From Octopus sinensis (Eukaryota), in the NCBI RefSeq assembly GCF_006345805.1, contig NC_042997.1, positions 34,410,001-34,474,000 on the forward strand: a DNA stretch of 64,000 nt, written 5' to 3'. A model generated the notes under the pieces. The model was not told where the DNA came from, did no database searches, and worked only from the letters and a program-made list of their open reading frames with translations. The translations under genes were made by a program, and so were the position numbers. Positions 63,301 through 64,000 of the stretch are shown here, piece by piece. The stretch's first letter is position 1; every line of letters begins with the position of its first letter.

Positions 63301-64000
63301 CACACACACACAACACACACACACACACACACATATATGTATATATATATATATATGTATGTATGGCAAATGAATGACAGAAGGTGGAATATACGAGAAT
63401 TTATTATTAATCACGACAATTGTTTTGAAACATCTAACATCGATTCCTCGTGGGCAGGACAATCAACAACTGATTCAGGAGCATCCAGTGGTGCAGATGT
63501 ATCTCGTCAGGTGATAGATACAACTCGTTAAAATAAAAGTTTCGCAATGTAACTTCTCGTTTTGCTGAAAGAAAAGCAGCCAGACGGAGTAAATATCTTC
63601 ATTTATATAGACCAAAAATAAAATCAGATATGAAGAAAAGGAGAAAGGAACACGCACTACAGCGAGAGAAGTATCAAAAATAACCGTTAACAAATATGGA
63701 TGTATAAACGCCCTCGCGCAAGCAGATGGTGCGAGTACACTCGCTCATACAAGCATTCGCGAAGGTGTGAGCATATGCGCACGTGAGGTTTGGTGCACTC
63801 GTGATCACAAAGGGAGTTAACTATCTACTTGGTGTTTGTAAGAATTGGGAGGTTAAAAGTAAACTTCAGTTATCCATGCTTTAAAGTAAATTAAATTATA
63901 TTAACGGTTATTCAAAATTCATTCCCACTGCGTTGTGCGAATGTACATATATATGCGTGTAGGCACCTCGAGAATCTTTCAGAAATTCTATTAATAATCT

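Noticed and set aside
63380-63570. Protein-like ORF tail (..SSWAGQSTTDSGASSGADVSRQVIDTTR*) followed by AATAAA
   Set aside because: No polypyrimidine acceptor on the + strand and no recognisable homology. It cannot be supported without RNA data.

Overview
64 kb of AT-rich, microsatellite-dense eukaryotic non-coding DNA. It is most likely from an octopus: the SINE families and repeat landscape match what I recall of Octopus spp., but this is inference and unchecked. I cannot support any host protein-coding gene. Nearly all listed ORFs are microsatellite artefacts or transposon fragments. Identifiable content: (i) at least three families of Dong/R4-type RLE LINEs, mostly set in (TAA)n tracts; (ii) Penelope-like element (PLE) fragments of at least two types, with hammerhead-ribozyme motifs; (iii) CR1-clade LINEs, including a nearly intact RT at 56.4-58.3 kb; (iv) many tRNA-derived SINEs; (v) two MITEs, a non-autonomous Helitron and a mariner remnant; (vi) tandem duplications. 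Two candidates stand out. One is a composite of tRNA-like head, (AAT)n and hammerhead, present twice (attached to a PLE ORF end at 12.6-12.8 kb, and free-standing but split by a Dong insertion at 38.76-40.56 kb). The other is an unannotated ~195-nt G.U-rich three-way RNA structure at 32534-32728. All alignments and folds were done by eye, boundaries are approximate unless a junction is quoted, and family names come from motif recognition rather than database searches.
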